Shown piece by piece: positions 49,831-63,729 of a stretch of 64,000 bases of DNA. The stretch is taken from NCBI RefSeq assembly GCF_018977255.1, contig NW_024704742.1, positions 46,564,001 to 46,628,000 on the forward strand. The letters run 5' to 3'. The notes under the pieces are model-generated. The model saw only the letters and a list, made by a program, of their open reading frames with translations, did no database searches and was not told the DNA's origin. Numbering within the stretch: position 1 is the first letter of the stretch; every line of letters begins with the position of its first letter. Source of the stretch: Callorhinchus milii (Eukaryota). Made by a program: the position numbers and the translations under genes.

Positions 49831-50507
49831 CTTCCTGATGTCCCTTTTAGAGAACATGTACTTTGGGATAATGTTTGATAGTGTTTATTCATGCTCAAAT
49901 CTAACAACAATAATAATAATCCTTGCATCTGATATAGCACCTTTTCACGTTGAGACGTCTCAAACGGCTTTACGGGATATACTGTAAAGTGGAATGACTG
50001 TGTGTTTTGTGGGCGAAATGCGGTAGCCAATTGACTGAGGCTAGTGCTATGCCATGACCTCTCAGTATGGAGCCCAGACCTCCCAGCAACCTACTGCTCC
50101 ACTGAAATTAATTGATTGCCTTTCAATCACATAAATGCAGCAATGAATGTTCATGAGAGACACTCGATGTAGGCCTTTATCATGAAGTGTTCCTTTCACG
50201 CTTTTATTAAACATCGAGTTACCTGCGCTTATGCTTTGTTGGTTAATTCTGGCTATTCTATAATTCAAGCTGAGATCACCAGTTGACAATCACCATTATC
50301 ATGTCAAATTATGCCCTCTCCTTTATTGTTCTATATTGTTTGGTCTCAACTTTGTTTTGGTAACTATAATTTTCAAATACTGAACACAAGCAGAACAAAG
50401 CTAACGATGCTAACAGTGAGAAGATACGTTTGTTATAATAGGTACAAAGAATCATTGCACAAGGAGTATGCTCAAAAAGCAATGTACAAAGCATAGCATA
50501 ATTCGAT

Positions 50508-51660
50508 CATAAGAACATAAGAACATAAGAATTAGGAGCAGGAGTAGGCCATTCGGCCCCTCGAGTCTGCCCCACCATTCAATAAGATCATGGCTGATCT
50601 TCAGACCTAACTCTAATTACCTGCCCTATCCCCATATCCCCTAATCCCTCTGTTTTTTTAAAAATCCATCAGTCTCATCCTTGAAGATGTTCAAGGACTG
50701 AGCATCTACAGCCTTCTGGGGTAATGAATTCCGTAAATTCACTACCCTCTGAGTGAAGAAATGTTTCCTCAACTCTGTTCTGAAAAGCTGACCCTTAATC
50801 TTAAGACTGTGTCCCCTGGTTATAGATTCTCTTACCAGGGGAAACAGACCCTCAGTGTCTTTATAAATGGAATCTTGTTGTTGTTGTTGTTGTTGTTGTT
50901 GCTTTATCAGCCCTTTAAGAATCTTATATGTTTCAATAAGATCCCCCTAATTCTTCTGTACTCTGGAGAATACAGCCCTAGTTTATTCAGCCTATCCTCA
51001 TAAGTCAGTCCCCTCATCCCAGGAACTAACCGAGTGAATCTACGCTGCACCCCCTCTCGGGCAAGTATGTCCTTTTTTAAATAAGGAGACCAAAACTGCA
51101 CACAATACTTTAGGTGTAGTCTCACCGAGGCCCTATACAGTTGCAGCAAAACTTCTCTACTCTTGTACTCTAAGCCTTTTGCAATGAATGCTAACATGCC
51201 GTTCGCCTTCTTAGTTGCTTGCTGCACCTGCAAACTAACTTTATTGAGACGTGTGTACAAGGACACCCAAATCCACACTAACACTATCTAACCTCTCCCC
51301 CTCCAGAAAATAATCTGTTTTTCTATTTTTTCTACCCAGGTGAATAACTTCACACTTCCCCACATTAAATTCCATCTGCTACCTACTCGCCCACTCCCCT
51401 AGCCTATCTATATCCCGTTGCAATCTTTTTGCATCATCCTCAGAGCTTACTCTCCCACCTAGTTTAGTGTCATCTGCAAATTTAGATACGTTACATTCAA
51501 TGTCCTCGTCTAGATCATTGATGTAAATTGTCAATAGCTGAGGGCCCAAGCACTGATCCTTGTGGCACTCCACTGGTCACATCCTGCCAATTCGAGAATG
51601 ACCCGTTTATCCCTACTCTCTGTTTTCTACCCGTTAGCCACTCTTCAATCCATGCTAATT
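50508..51660 (-). mobile_element. 5'-truncated CR1 LINE with nested L2 (TTG)n tail at about 50850-50905
   Basis: PQGSVLGP, YINDLD...SKFADDTKLGG and KKANGML..YKSREVLLQLY..YCVQFWSPYLKKDI, with an (AACATAAG)n tail. Confidence 0.95.
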
Positions 51661-53069
51661 TCATATATATAATAATCCCTCCAAAACCAAAACCAATAAT
51701 AAATTGGTCATTTTCAATCTACGACTGTTTGTGGGACATTACTGTGCGCAATTGGCTGCCGCGTTCACCCACAAATATACAGTCAATTCACTTTACAGTG
51801 TGTTCTGTGAAGCGCTTTGGGACGTCCTCCCGACGTGAAAAGCGCTATATCAAATGCAAGGATTATTATTATTATTATTATTATCATAGTAGATCCCTCA
51901 TCTAAACTCATGCACAATTAAAGATGTAAAGTCATCACAAAACCCATCCAGACGAAGCTGAGCATTCTGGCCAGAAAAAGCACAAGACTGATCAAAGTTG
52001 TATGAATAGTAAGAGCATATCTTGATTATTAATATAAGTCAAGAGGCCTCATCCAATGCACCAGAAAAACTAATATTCAATTACTGCTGTCATTAAGTAC
52101 AAGACAAAAATTTACTGCAAATGTTGTCTTTGCGATAATGATCATATCACATCTCCATCCAATATATACAACTGCCCTCTGGCTTTGCAGCATAAAAATA
52201 GATTTAGAATTGATTAACTTAGTGATAAAATTGTGAACTAATGAATAATGCCAAGTGTGTGCCATAGGTGTTAGGATATCACAGTTACTTCAGAAGCAAT
52301 ATTATTACACGACGAACATTGTAAAAACAAGATTTGTTTTTCCTGGTGGCAGATTATAATAAACACAATGTGTAAAACATTTGTAACACATTGTGTTTTA
52401 TATTATCACAATGTAATAAACATAATGTTATAATACTTTTTACAGCAGTTCATTAACATCTACTTGGCAAAGATATATTTTAACATGGAAGCTAAACCCA
52501 GGATGTATTCTCTCATCGTGGATAAATTTACCAACCTTTGAAGCGTGCGATGAATGGGAAATTCCTTTCGGAGTGCACAATGCCAAAGGTTCATGCATTT
52601 ACACAGAAGCAGAGAATAAAACCCAGTTGCTGCAGAAGGTCAGTAAATGTACCATTCTGACGACCAAAGCAAACGAAAGGACCTTTCTGTACCAGTATCA
52701 TCATTAAAGACGAGTGATCTAATACTCCCTCATTTCATTGGGGTGAATGGCCCTTTTAAAGGTTACAGTTCTATAGATCTTTCTTAAAACACATCTACAC
52801 TCACCAACAAGGAGTATTCCATGGAGGCTACCAATGTCCAAGCACTTTCTTGATAAATCTATGCCTTGTACATCTATTGACTCTGGGCATGAATCATTAG
52901 TTTCTTTCTGCCGTTTAGTTTTACAGCACTGATTGATGAAAATTAATAAATGTAGAATTCTAACAATTTCCTCTGCTCAGCAAAATTTAAAGCCCAGTAT
53001 TTAGAAACCACCTGCCAGCTTCAGCAGAACCCAGATACAGTATCTTCAAAGTGCCCTCCTATCCTATCC

Positions 53070-53400
53070 AACAACAACATGGATTTATATAGCGCCCTCC
53101 ACGCCAGATGGCATCTCAGAGCGCTTCACAGTAACGGATCCCGGGGCTGAGCCAGGGGGAGGGGGAAAAAGGTGACCAAAGGCGCGGTCGAAGAGAAAGG
53201 TCTTCAGCAGGGACCTGAAAACAGGAAGAGAGGGGGCGAGGAGAAGAGAGTGAGGAAGGGAGTTCCAGAGCCTCAGGACAAAGTGGCTGAAGGCACGACC
53301 ACCGAGCAGAGGACTCGGGGGATGAGGAGGAGGCCAGATCCAGAGGAACGAAGGCAACGGGTATTGTTTTGAGGAGAGAGGTCAGAGAGGTAGGGGAGGA
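53070..53400 (-). mobile_element. L2 3' end (different subfamily)
   Basis: ORF 53085..53357 contains GGRAFSH..RLWNSLP..FRSLLKTFLFDRAF. Confidence 0.88.
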
Positions 53401-53994
53401 TGACACATTGGACTTAACCAAATAACTTGGACAAAAAAAAATTACTCTTTGGCTGATCTTTGAGGAGTCTTAAAAGACAGAGTTTTTGAGCAGAAATTTT
53501 TAAGTTGAAGTCTGAATACTGTTGTGACTTCAGTCCAAAATGTATATCGGTGGCTACATTTACCGTAATGAAGCTAGTTCTGACAATGAATACATTTCAT
53601 AACCGCATTATAACTATATGTTTGTCTGCTGATCTACATCGAGCTCCAATAGGGAAGTGAATTTGGGTTGCAAAATAAGCAAAAAATATTTTAGTTAATG
53701 CATGTAGGTACAATATTTAACCAAACAGTGTGAGGTGGAGCAATCTATTCCTGATATGTACTGAATTATAGAGTGAGAGAGACATACACAAACAGAGAGA
53801 TGGTGAGTGAGACAAAGAAAGCGACGGACGGAAAGAGCAAAATAGACTCAGACATGCAGATACGCAGACTAAAAATAGACAGAGGCAGAAAGAGATATTC
53901 ATAAACATGGAGAAACACACCCCCAAAAAAGAGACCCGATAGCCACACTGCATCCATATCCATAATAGTCCAGTCCCGATTCGATGGATATCAG

Positions 53995-54265
53995 AAAACA
54001 AAACACAAAATCCTGCAATGCTGGAAATCTGAAAACAAAAACAGAATTCGCTGGGAACACTCAGCAGGTCAGGCAGCATCTATGGAGAAAGGAAAGTGAG
54101 TCAACGTTTCGGGTCCATGACCCTTCTGCCTCTTTTACCTCTCCCTCCCAACATGCCCCAATTCTCACGCAGGGTTGTGGACCCGAAACGTTGACTCACT
54201 TTCCTTTCTCCATAGATACTGCCTGACCTGCGGAGTGTTCCTAGCAACTTCTGTTTTTGTTTTTA
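53995..54265. mobile_element. Penelope-like fold-back element with 12-bp TSD
   Basis: Inverted arms of about 98 bp (54027-54124 and 54171-54268). Direct repeat GATGGATATCAG at 53983-53994 and 54266-54277. Confidence 0.85.
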
Positions 54266-54446
54266 GATGGATATCAGGCTCTCCACTCTATCAGTGTTTG
54301 TTTCAAAGCTCGAGTTAAAGCCAAAAACAGTCTGCTTTGAAAATTAGTTATTTTTATTAAAATTCTGCAGAAATAATTAACTGCTAAAACAATGATGGCT
54401 CAGCCAAAAGAAAACTATCAGTTTATCATCAAAAATGTTCACTTAC

Positions 54447-54594
54447 ATCAAAGAGCCGAACATAAAGATTGATAAGATCCTCTGTGACATTTTCCTCCTG
54501 TTTATTTTGACCCTCCGTTTGGAATAAATATGACGAAAGCACCTGGGACAAGCTCTGTGTGCTCATTTGATTCATTTCTGAACATTTCTGTACC
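54447..54594 (-). CDS. ARAP2: ARAP2 coding exon (RhoGAP C-terminus): VQKCSEMNQMSTQSLSQVLSSYLFQTEGQNKQEENVTEDLINLYVRLFD
   Basis: Matches recalled ARAP2 VQKCSEINHMNAHNLALVFSSCLFQT...IEDLINNYVEIFE. Acceptor ttcttctccaacag, donor gtaagt, 148 nt, phase 2->0. Confidence 0.95.
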
Positions 54595-57500
54595 CTGTTG
54601 GAGAAGAAAGAAATAATTTGAGCAACTCAGTCATGGAATGTTATAGGTTTTGAGGACAGTGACCAAGTGTTGAGCCTAACTATGTACAGCCCAAAGCACA
54701 AATTAAGAAAAATGACGATTAATACTTCAATCTTATTCAACAAGATAAGCCATAAATGAACAGAGGAACTTGGTAAAGTTCAGAAGAAATGACCTGTTCT
54801 ACCAATTTTAACAGGTTTTCTGTGTTTTCACTAATTCCGTTTTAAGTGGGTTTTGCTCCCTCCTCACCTCTTTCACGGTCCATCTCAAGACTTTCATCTT
54901 TTGACTGCTCCTTTTGTCACAGTCATCTTTCCCTCCTCACCCCCCTCAGCTCCCACCCCCAAGCCAGGACTGTAAAGCTCTTTGGGACATCCTCCCAAAG
55001 TGAAAGGTCTATATAAATGTAAATTTGCATTGTATTTTATTGTAACAGGCTAAACAGACAATAAACCTTGCATTTGATGTCGAAACATTTCAAAGCCCTT
55101 CACAGGTAATTGCTGTGAAGTGAAGTGACTGTGCATTTGCAGGCAAATGTCTCCCAAACAAAAGTAGCATGAATGACCAATTCTACCTAGACAATTGTTC
55201 GCCAGAACACTCGGAGAAACTAAAAGTGAATTGCAGCAACGTAGGCATATATAAACCAAGCCTTATGACCCAATGCAACACTTGCTAAACTCTGTGGAGA
55301 AATGGAAAGTTATTACATTTGAAGTAGGTGTAAGGGCTACGACCCTAGGTCACAGTGGAAATGATTCCTCTTGGTTATAATGACCTGAGGCAAAGCAGTA
55401 GGTTTCCCAGTACAACAAAACTTGACTCCGTCCAGTATTCTGTAGGCAGTAACAAAATAAGCAACTGGAAACCGTGTCTGGAATTAGAACTCAAGAATGG
55501 GAATGTCGTCCGAAGAGATAACCTAGCAGTAACATGCCTCAGTTGGAGAATTTCCCTGCATATCTTTCTAAATTATCAATAATAGTTGCATTTGATATAG
55601 CGTCTTTCACATCAGGAGGACCGCTCAAAATGCTTTACAGAATTGACTGTAAAGAATAGTGACTGCGTATTTTAAAGGCAAACGCAGCAGCCAATTTGCA
55701 CACAGCAAAGATTCATAATCATTAAGTGAATCACTAATTTTATCCTCGGGATTGTTGACCAGGACATCAGGAGAAGCTGCATTCTGTTTTTAAGAGTAGT
55801 GAGTGATTGGGTACCTAGCACCTTAAAGCACCTGATTGCAGGTTCCTCTAGATTTTCCAAATAGTAGCTGACTTATTGTGCTGAAGATGATAAGAATTTG
55901 AAATCTCTCCCCCACCCCCTTACTTTTGTATCAGCCTCTGTCAAGCAATCTCCAGTATCGCAAGAGCCAGTTCCAGAATAAACCTTCTCTGTCTTGGAAA
56001 TGCACTATCAATCTCAGAGCACCCCCTACAGCATCATTGCAACATTTCTTATTCCCGAATAACTCTCTCTGTAGCGTCAACTAAAGACTAGTCAATCCTG
56101 TGCTGCATTTTGGGCAGCTTTGTACGTGCTTACAAGGAAATGGTTGAAGCTGCACAAAATCATCCATTCCCCTTAGGAACCTTGCAGCCAGGAGAGAGAA
56201 GGCATTTGCATGCAATCAATCTGGGCTGGATTCATATCAGGAGATGGAAAGACAATGTGCTCAACCTCTGTGCTATCTATTCCCTCTAATATGACTTTGA
56301 GAGATTTAATTAAGCCCAAATGCCATGTGCATGATTTTCAAAAAAATTTAGTAAAATCTCTGAAAGCCATTATTTTCAATTCATATTGTCTAAATAAAGT
56401 AGTGTTTCCGTCGATGTTAGTGATGCTCTCATCCAAGTCATTTACTCCAAAAGCTAATTAACAATTCTGTGCTAATGATGGATAGAACTCCCATCCCCAT
56501 TATCATTCCACAGAAAACTGACAGTAATTATATGGGTTGATCGTACTGAATCACCAGAACCATGAAAATTCAATGCACCACATTTATTTCCCGAAACACG
56601 AATTGCCATCAGCGTCTGCACAAAATCTCAGCTAGCACCACATGTGCAATGAACACGTATGCACTTAAGCATCTCACACTGGACTTTCATTGTTAACACA
56701 TTACAATACATTAATCTTCCAATGGCTTGTACAGGTTTTGGGGACTTGGGCCACAATCAAAACCCAAGGATCACTCAAAGCAATAGCTCTGCAAGTGTTT
56801 GATATGCAAGTGCCAAAAGCTTAAGAGAGGTTCAGCGACATTAAAAAAAATTGTTTCTAGCTTGTGAAAGGAGCGTAAGAGGGCAGGGGAAAAAAATCTA
56901 ATTTAAAAGAGCACATAAAAATTCACAAATCAGTTCATCAAAAAATTCCGATCAGGATATGAGTGGCATTAAATACAAGGCTTGGTCATCACCTATCTGT
57001 ATCCAATTAATCAAATTTTTCTGGAGCTCCAAATGTTAAAACTGCAGCAGCAAAAAACTATAGATACCGGAGAAACTGCAAACTGGTGAATGATATAACT
57101 GGATTGGTTATTTCATTTTGTTTTAATAATGTTTAAATCTTAGAATCTTTAAGAACATGAACGTGACAGGATTGGAGCAGACCTTGTATTCCATCTAGCT
57201 AGTCCCAAAGAACTTTCTCACACCTGACACAATAACCTTTTTATGGGGTTAAAATTCTGCCTGGATCTAAAATTATTTTACATATGTAACATTTCAAAGT
57301 ATATATTAGAATTCGGCAAATTGTTGAATTCAGTCTAAACTATGAAGCTGTTTTTCTATAGTTACTTAAAAAAACTTACAGAAAACAGAATTCAAAATAA
57401 GGCTGTATTTACGAATTTTCTGGATGCTCTGAAATACTACGTGAATAAGTAAATTCAGACCCAGGTGGAAATGTTTCCCCTTTGTTGTGCAGTTCTAACT

Positions 57501-57792
57501 GTTTGCACTGGTTTGAGATACAGCTGAGACAAGTAGACTTAAAGTATGTGATAACTAAAACGTTTTGGGCACAATACAAGAGAATGCAATAGCAAAGAAA
57601 CTAAAGCAATCAATCCCAAATGTATCAGTACTTTCTGAAGCAGAAAGAACAGAATGGAAAAAGAGAAAGAGAAAAAGGAAAAAAGTGATCAAGTCACTGG
57701 TCAACACCAATAAACTCCAGTGTATTTGTGCAAAATATGTATTCTCCACTTTCTGCACTGTTTGTAGTTAATGGCAGAAAATATCCGTAGCT

Positions 57793-58075
57793 CTTCGCAA
57801 GCGAGAGACCTGGGTTCGATTCCCGGCAGGGTGAAAGCTTGGGAAAGTTTCCTTACTCCACATGCCTGATAATAATCCCTCAAAAAAAAATTAATAAATT
57901 GGTCACTGCAATCCACGATTGTTCGTGGGACACTACTGTGGGCAATTGGCTGCCACGTTTCGCCCACAAATATACAGTCAATTAACTTTACAGTATATTC
58001 TGTGAAGCGCTTTGAGACGTCTAGAAGACATGAAAAGTGCTATATCAAATGCTTATTATTGTTATATTGTTATTA
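57793..58075 (+). mobile_element. tRNA-derived SINE, short subfamily, 5'-truncated
   Basis: ttcgcaagcgagagacctgggttcgattcccggcaggg head, body and (TTA)n tail. Confidence 0.9.
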
Positions 58076-60635
58076 TGTGAGCCACCTTTAGAGTAGAGTT
58101 CCAAGAACAGTCACTACACTTGGCATTAATTATAAGACATTTCGGCATAAGATTATCTTATTATTATTTCTTGGGTTACCCCGGGAAATAAAGGTACGTT
58201 TCCAGATAAAACTCCAAATGGAAAAGTGTCTCCAGCACGTACCAATTCATCTAAATGCCAAGGATTCGAGCAAAAAGCTTTTGAGAAAACCTTTTACTAA
58301 GGTAAATGTAACCATTTATGTTCTCTGCCTTTGTGAGCTGCTTTGTCAGCTATAAAATTGCATCCGAGTCCAAAATGTGTTACGATAGTACACCACACCT
58401 TGTGGAATTCAATTTATTTCCTTCCCAAGACAATATCTTCCGTCCATTACTCTCATAAAGTAGAACCCTGTAAAAGGGCAGCAGTTGGGGGTCAACAATA
58501 TGCAAACCTGCCTTATAATGGGATCACGATCTCTGGTCAGCACTTCCGCATTCACTCCACATGTGCACAGAGCTGGCCAGCTTCCAGTCCTTAGGTCGCT
58601 GGCAACGTCACATGCATTACATATATGAGGCCTGCTGGTTCACTGGCCGTGGGTACAGGGTATCAGATTTCTAAATGAACCAGTAATATTAGACACACCT
58701 AATAACAGGGTTTGACTTGACCTTCCTAATAGACTGACTTTCCACAGAGGGTGGCTAACAATTGCAGTGGCTTTAGAGGAAGGCTGTTTCAGGCAAGGTC
58801 TCATGAAACAATCTGATATTGTAAATAGGAAGACTGAAGGGTGGATGTTCTGGACGCATGAGATCAGACGGGCCAAAGGGCGTTCCTCATCCAAACCTCT
58901 CATGTGATTTTGTGACGAGGCGATGGGCCTGTGCTAGAAGGGAAACAAAAGGAAACAGCCAATTTCCAAAGCCACACATTCGCCCAAAATATACAGTCAC
59001 ACTACTTTACAGTAGACCGCGTGAAGCGCTTTGAAATGTCTCAACGACGGGATAAGTCGCTCTATCAAATGCAAGATTATTATTATTCACACACACCATT
59101 TGTTTGTGCTCCACCATGGACAACAGTGACAAAAGGATCCTGTACGGAAATGCTGAAGGGCCAATGACACAAGATGGAGTGATGCTACTATAACACAATT
59201 GTATCAAACAGTTAAAAAAATTGCATCAGTTCAGGTCTGTTCTGAGTAGTTTGTAATATATGTAGATTGCTTTATAATTGTATTTTAATAGATACTCAAC
59301 TGTGATGTGTGAATGAAGTATAAAAAGGAAAGGTGAAACTGCATCCTCACATGCATGGTTGACTGATTAAAAGATTTCAATTTGCAGAGAGAAGTCTGAA
59401 TCTCATTTTGACATGGATTAGGGATATCAATCGTGCCAACTGAGGTTTCAGGTTACACGCTGAGTTAAGTTTTGCACTTAAAGACTGTGAAGGTAGAAAA
59501 CAGTCGGATATGGTTTGGAGGCAGCAATGGGTTGAGTGTGCATGACCCTGATGAGAGTGGAGAGGCCTCAAACAGGTTTGGAACTCCGAGCTCTGTCAAT
59601 ACTGATTACTGGTACTGCATATGATGTTACTGTGCACGTGATCATCACAATACATGATCAGTTGCAAGTGTTTGCAGTTCATTTCATGCTCAAATCATTT
59701 TCAATAGGAGAAAAAGGTTTTAATTCAAAGGTCTGATATAAAATCAAATTGTAGAAAGGGGAAATATAATATATATAATATGCATATGTTAAAAAAAGTC
59801 AGCAGGATCTGTAATAACGTCATTCAGTAACTCCTGTAAAGCAGTTTCGTGACATGAAAGGTGCCATAATAAATGTAAAGATTATTATTATTATTCATAA
59901 CAACTGTTGGGTTTAAACTCATGTGGTTTAAACTCAGAAAATGCATCTGACACCAGGGATTTCATCCTACAGCATTCTCAATGATGCCATCCGCTAAGCT
60001 GGGTGACATATGGCATCACATTTGCATTTACATTTGGGGGTTATGGTTGGAGAGAGAGAGAAATAAAATCTGCACTGTCTCCCCCCCCAACCCCCCATCC
60101 AGGCAATTCCTAATCAATACATTGCAAATTTCTAAATACAAATCAAATGTTAGCTCCAATCTGTTGCAAGTAAAACAAGTATGCATTTAAACTCCATAAA
60201 TATACTTTTCATGGAAATATCTTCATATTTATAATATAATCCTCATGGTCTCATTTCCTTTTTTCTCCCCATCATGTACAATCCGGTAGAATGTGTACTC
60301 CTTGATAGACTGAGCTATATTGGGGGAATTGTACTTGCAGGGAAAGTCAGTAAAACAGAATGTTCTGTTTTAACAGAACAAAACTGATGACATTTCAATG
60401 ACTTGCACTTAATGCACAAAACCCAAACTATAGCGGTTCCTGGGAAATATGAAGAGATAGTACTCTCTGGTGTTCAAAACTAAGTAGTACATGGGTCTAC
60501 TCCTATTACATTTAACTGGGACAGCTAGATTCAGCACAATCACACATTTGTACTTTTACAGTGATTTAATGACAAGCTTCAGTTTTCTGAATGAGCAGCA
60601 ACAGAATACATGCAGTCTCATCAGGATGTTCATTC

Positions 60636-61080
60636 TTAATAAGCCTTGCATTTGATATCACGCCTTTCACGTCATCAAGAAGCCTCAAAGTGCTTCACAG
60701 GAAATACAACAACAACTACAAGATTACATTTATATAGCGCCTTTCACGTCGGGAGGACGTCCAAGACGTCCAATACAGTTATGCACAGCAATGTCCCACA
60801 AACAGCCAAGGAGTGAGTGACCAAATTTACTTCAGCCAGGAAACCAGGAGAAACTCCCTTCTCTTTTCGAATAGTGATGTGGGATCTTTAATGTTCACCT
60901 GAACAGGCAGAGAGACTTCAGTTTAACGTTTCATCCGAAGGATAGCACCTCGACAATGCAACACCCCCCAACATTGCATTGGTGTCAGCTTATATGTGAT
61001 TCCAAATCCTGATGTCGGGTTTGTACCCACAACCTTCTTACTTAGGGACTAGAATACTACCATTGAGCCAGACTGACACA
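60636..61080 (-). mobile_element. Deu-domain SINE with nested L2 tail (about 60705-60770)
   Basis: cagtttaacgtttcatccgaaggatagcacctcgacaatgca Deu-like core, and tRNA head tcagtctggctcaatggtagta on the minus strand. Confidence 0.75.
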
Positions 61081-62350
61081 CAAGGTTAAGAGAAGGGAGA
61101 CTGCTGGCACTACGCGATAAGAGAAGCAGACCTGGAACAAACCTGGAGGCAGCCACTTTATGCAAAGTGAGCAAGGCAAAGGCCAAAATAAGTTTCTTAG
61201 GAATTCAGAACAGAAAATGAAATGTAAGGTAATAAAGCAAGTATTATGAAGGTCTTGTAATTTTAGGGACACAAAGCAGATCAAAACAATACGAGTTATG
61301 ACTTCAGTCCAAAATATAAACATATGGGAATCCGATCCATTCATCATCCAAATGAAAAGCTATAACCAGTCTAAATATTACTTTAAAAAAATAAACAGGT
61401 CACTCAATCCACGACTGTTTGTGGGACACAGTATATTCTGTGAAGCGCTTTGAGATGCCTCGAAGACATGATAAGGCGCTATATCAAATGCAAGGATTAT
61501 TATTATTACTGAAATGGTCCCGTCCCTAATGCCTTATTTAAGATGGTCACAGATACAGAGAATATCAATACCAGGAGTAACATTTCACAAAGTTTAAAAA
61601 AAACATGAAATGATAATAAACATCTCAGCATATTGAAACCTCCCTAAGAGGCGGCACCGACTTATGATTTTTGTATAAAGAGAGCAATTTGTCATGCAAA
61701 TTCTTACAGAATTAACATGTAATTATTCAAAAAGTAGTAGAATTCATAAGATATCTGTAACTACATTAGACCCAACTTAAAAATGTGTATAGAAGTGTGA
61801 ATAAAAAGTTCTCCACATACCATGTGAAGCTGTTGTCAACAATTCAATTCAGGACAATGTCGGACTATAACCTAAGTCAAGTCCACCAAAGATTCAGAGT
61901 GAAGTACTTAATCTTTTCCGTTGACTAATCAACATTGGCATCCTTTTCATTCCAGTATATTAATTCATGCACCAGTTTTCCAACCTTGTGCCAACCAAAG
62001 GGTTCTCTAAAATAAGGCACTCGATAGACTGGAAGAAAGAGGTTGTGCCAAAACTGAAACATTTACAATAAAATTGAGACTGCACCAGTTACATATAAAA
62101 GAGCTTCAGATTATCCACAAACCTACAGGCGTGAGGAAATATTAATGAACAAGTTGCACTAAAACTATTGCCTAGATGTCACGGTCCTGTTAGCTGCAGC
62201 AATGTTGCAATGTTCCTCTAAATGTGTCTATTCATCACTGGACCAGATATCTGCTTTCATTCCCATTTAGTGCATGGATAACCTGAAATATGCTCAATAA
62301 GGACAGCCACTGCTCCTGCTCATGGTAAAGTGAAAGAGATGTTAGCCTAC

Positions 62351-62456
62351 CTGTAAAGGTGACCAATCAGAGCTGCAAGAGTGACCCTGTTAACACGCGG
62401 TAAAGTTTGTATTAACATCCGATACTTTTCCAATCGTTCCTTTTCATCTTGCACAT
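62351..62456 (-). CDS. ARAP2: ARAP2 coding exon (RhoGAP domain): DVQDEKERLEKYRMLIQTLPRVNRVTLAALIGHLYR
   Basis: Hand translation resembles recalled human ARAP2 DTQDDKERIKKYGAFIRSLPGVNRATLAAIIEHLYR. Acceptor tgtcaacag, donor gtaggc, 106 nt, phase 1->2. Confidence 0.95.
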
Positions 62457-63729
62457 CTGTTGACAGACGATTGCACAAGTCATAAAAAGTTCACAAAATG
62501 CCATGGCATCAAAAAGACCCAAAACATGCCCTCTACCTCACTGTTCCATTGTTAACAATGCACTGATCTCTTCATCCTACCCATAAAAATTACACACGCC
62601 ATTATATGGGAAACATATTTGTTCTACTTTGTAAGATTCTTAATAAGGAACACCACTGAAACTTCCATTGACCTGTAGAACTCCACTTCGGAAGTAAGAT
62701 TACACTCTTGTTTACTGGAAAGAGTTTCTATTTACCCATGACTTGCATTCCTTATCTTGTTAAGAAATACCATAACTTAAACCTCACTGTAGAAAAGCGT
62801 CCTCTGTCTTATTAGGCAGGTTTATATAATTGTGAATTCTCTCATGGGGTGCCTGCTGAACTTACTTTAATGAGATTGAGCTCTTCATAGAATGGCAAAC
62901 CTACTCTCAGTATACTAGGACTAGATTTCCATACATCAAAAAAAATAAAAGTCTCAAGTGGTATAAGCACTTTTTTAAAAAATTCTCTCTTCAGTGAATT
63001 GACGCAACAGTTCCCCGAGTACATGCGAAATACCTTTGCAATCTGGGACTTTGTGATTTATGAACCTCGTTGTGATTTGCGGTGTGAATCTCACATCATG
63101 TAACGTTTCTTAAAATTAGATATTTTAAATTATACCAAGAAACCAGCAAGCATAACACAATACAAGGAAACATAAAGTAGTGAGGACTAGATTCGTTAAA
63201 AGGAATTTTGGAAGTAAAATAATGGAAAGACAATTTGCAGCAAGGAGGGATCAATTTTTCTTTGCTTGCTAGGTTAGCAGTAGTTACCATTTAAGACATC
63301 AAATTAGTCTCTTCGAGTACAAGTGAGGAAAACATATTTAGATATTGAATAGATATTTCCATCAGTTTTTAGAAGGAACAGTTGTTAAATTCAACAGTCA
63401 GATATTTGGGCTCCAGGATTTCTAATATGGATATCATCAGAATCACAATAAATAAATAATAATCCTTGCATTTGATACAGTGCCTTATCACATCTTTTGA
63501 GAATCCTAAAGAAATTCAAACGTTTAAAAGGTCTACTTGGCGAGCCAAAATTCACCCTTAGATTCTTAAAGAAATGCAAGATTATCACTATTATCCGATT
63601 ATTAGCACTATTATCAGTGGAACTATGCTGGACGATTATTCAAGACTGAGATATAGACCAATTAGGCTAACATCTGATAATGGAGAAAATACTTGAGCAC
63701 ATTTTACAAGACCCTTTCAATGCTCTTCT

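Noticed and set aside
59545..59585. CTGATGAG...CTCAAAC hammerhead-like string
   Set aside because: It lacks the GAAA box and convincing stems. Similar CTGATGAG strings at about 15985 and 31555 also lack partners.
62500..63700. Next upstream ARAP2 RhoGAP exon
   Set aside because: No matching peptide with splice sites was found. It probably lies beyond the window.
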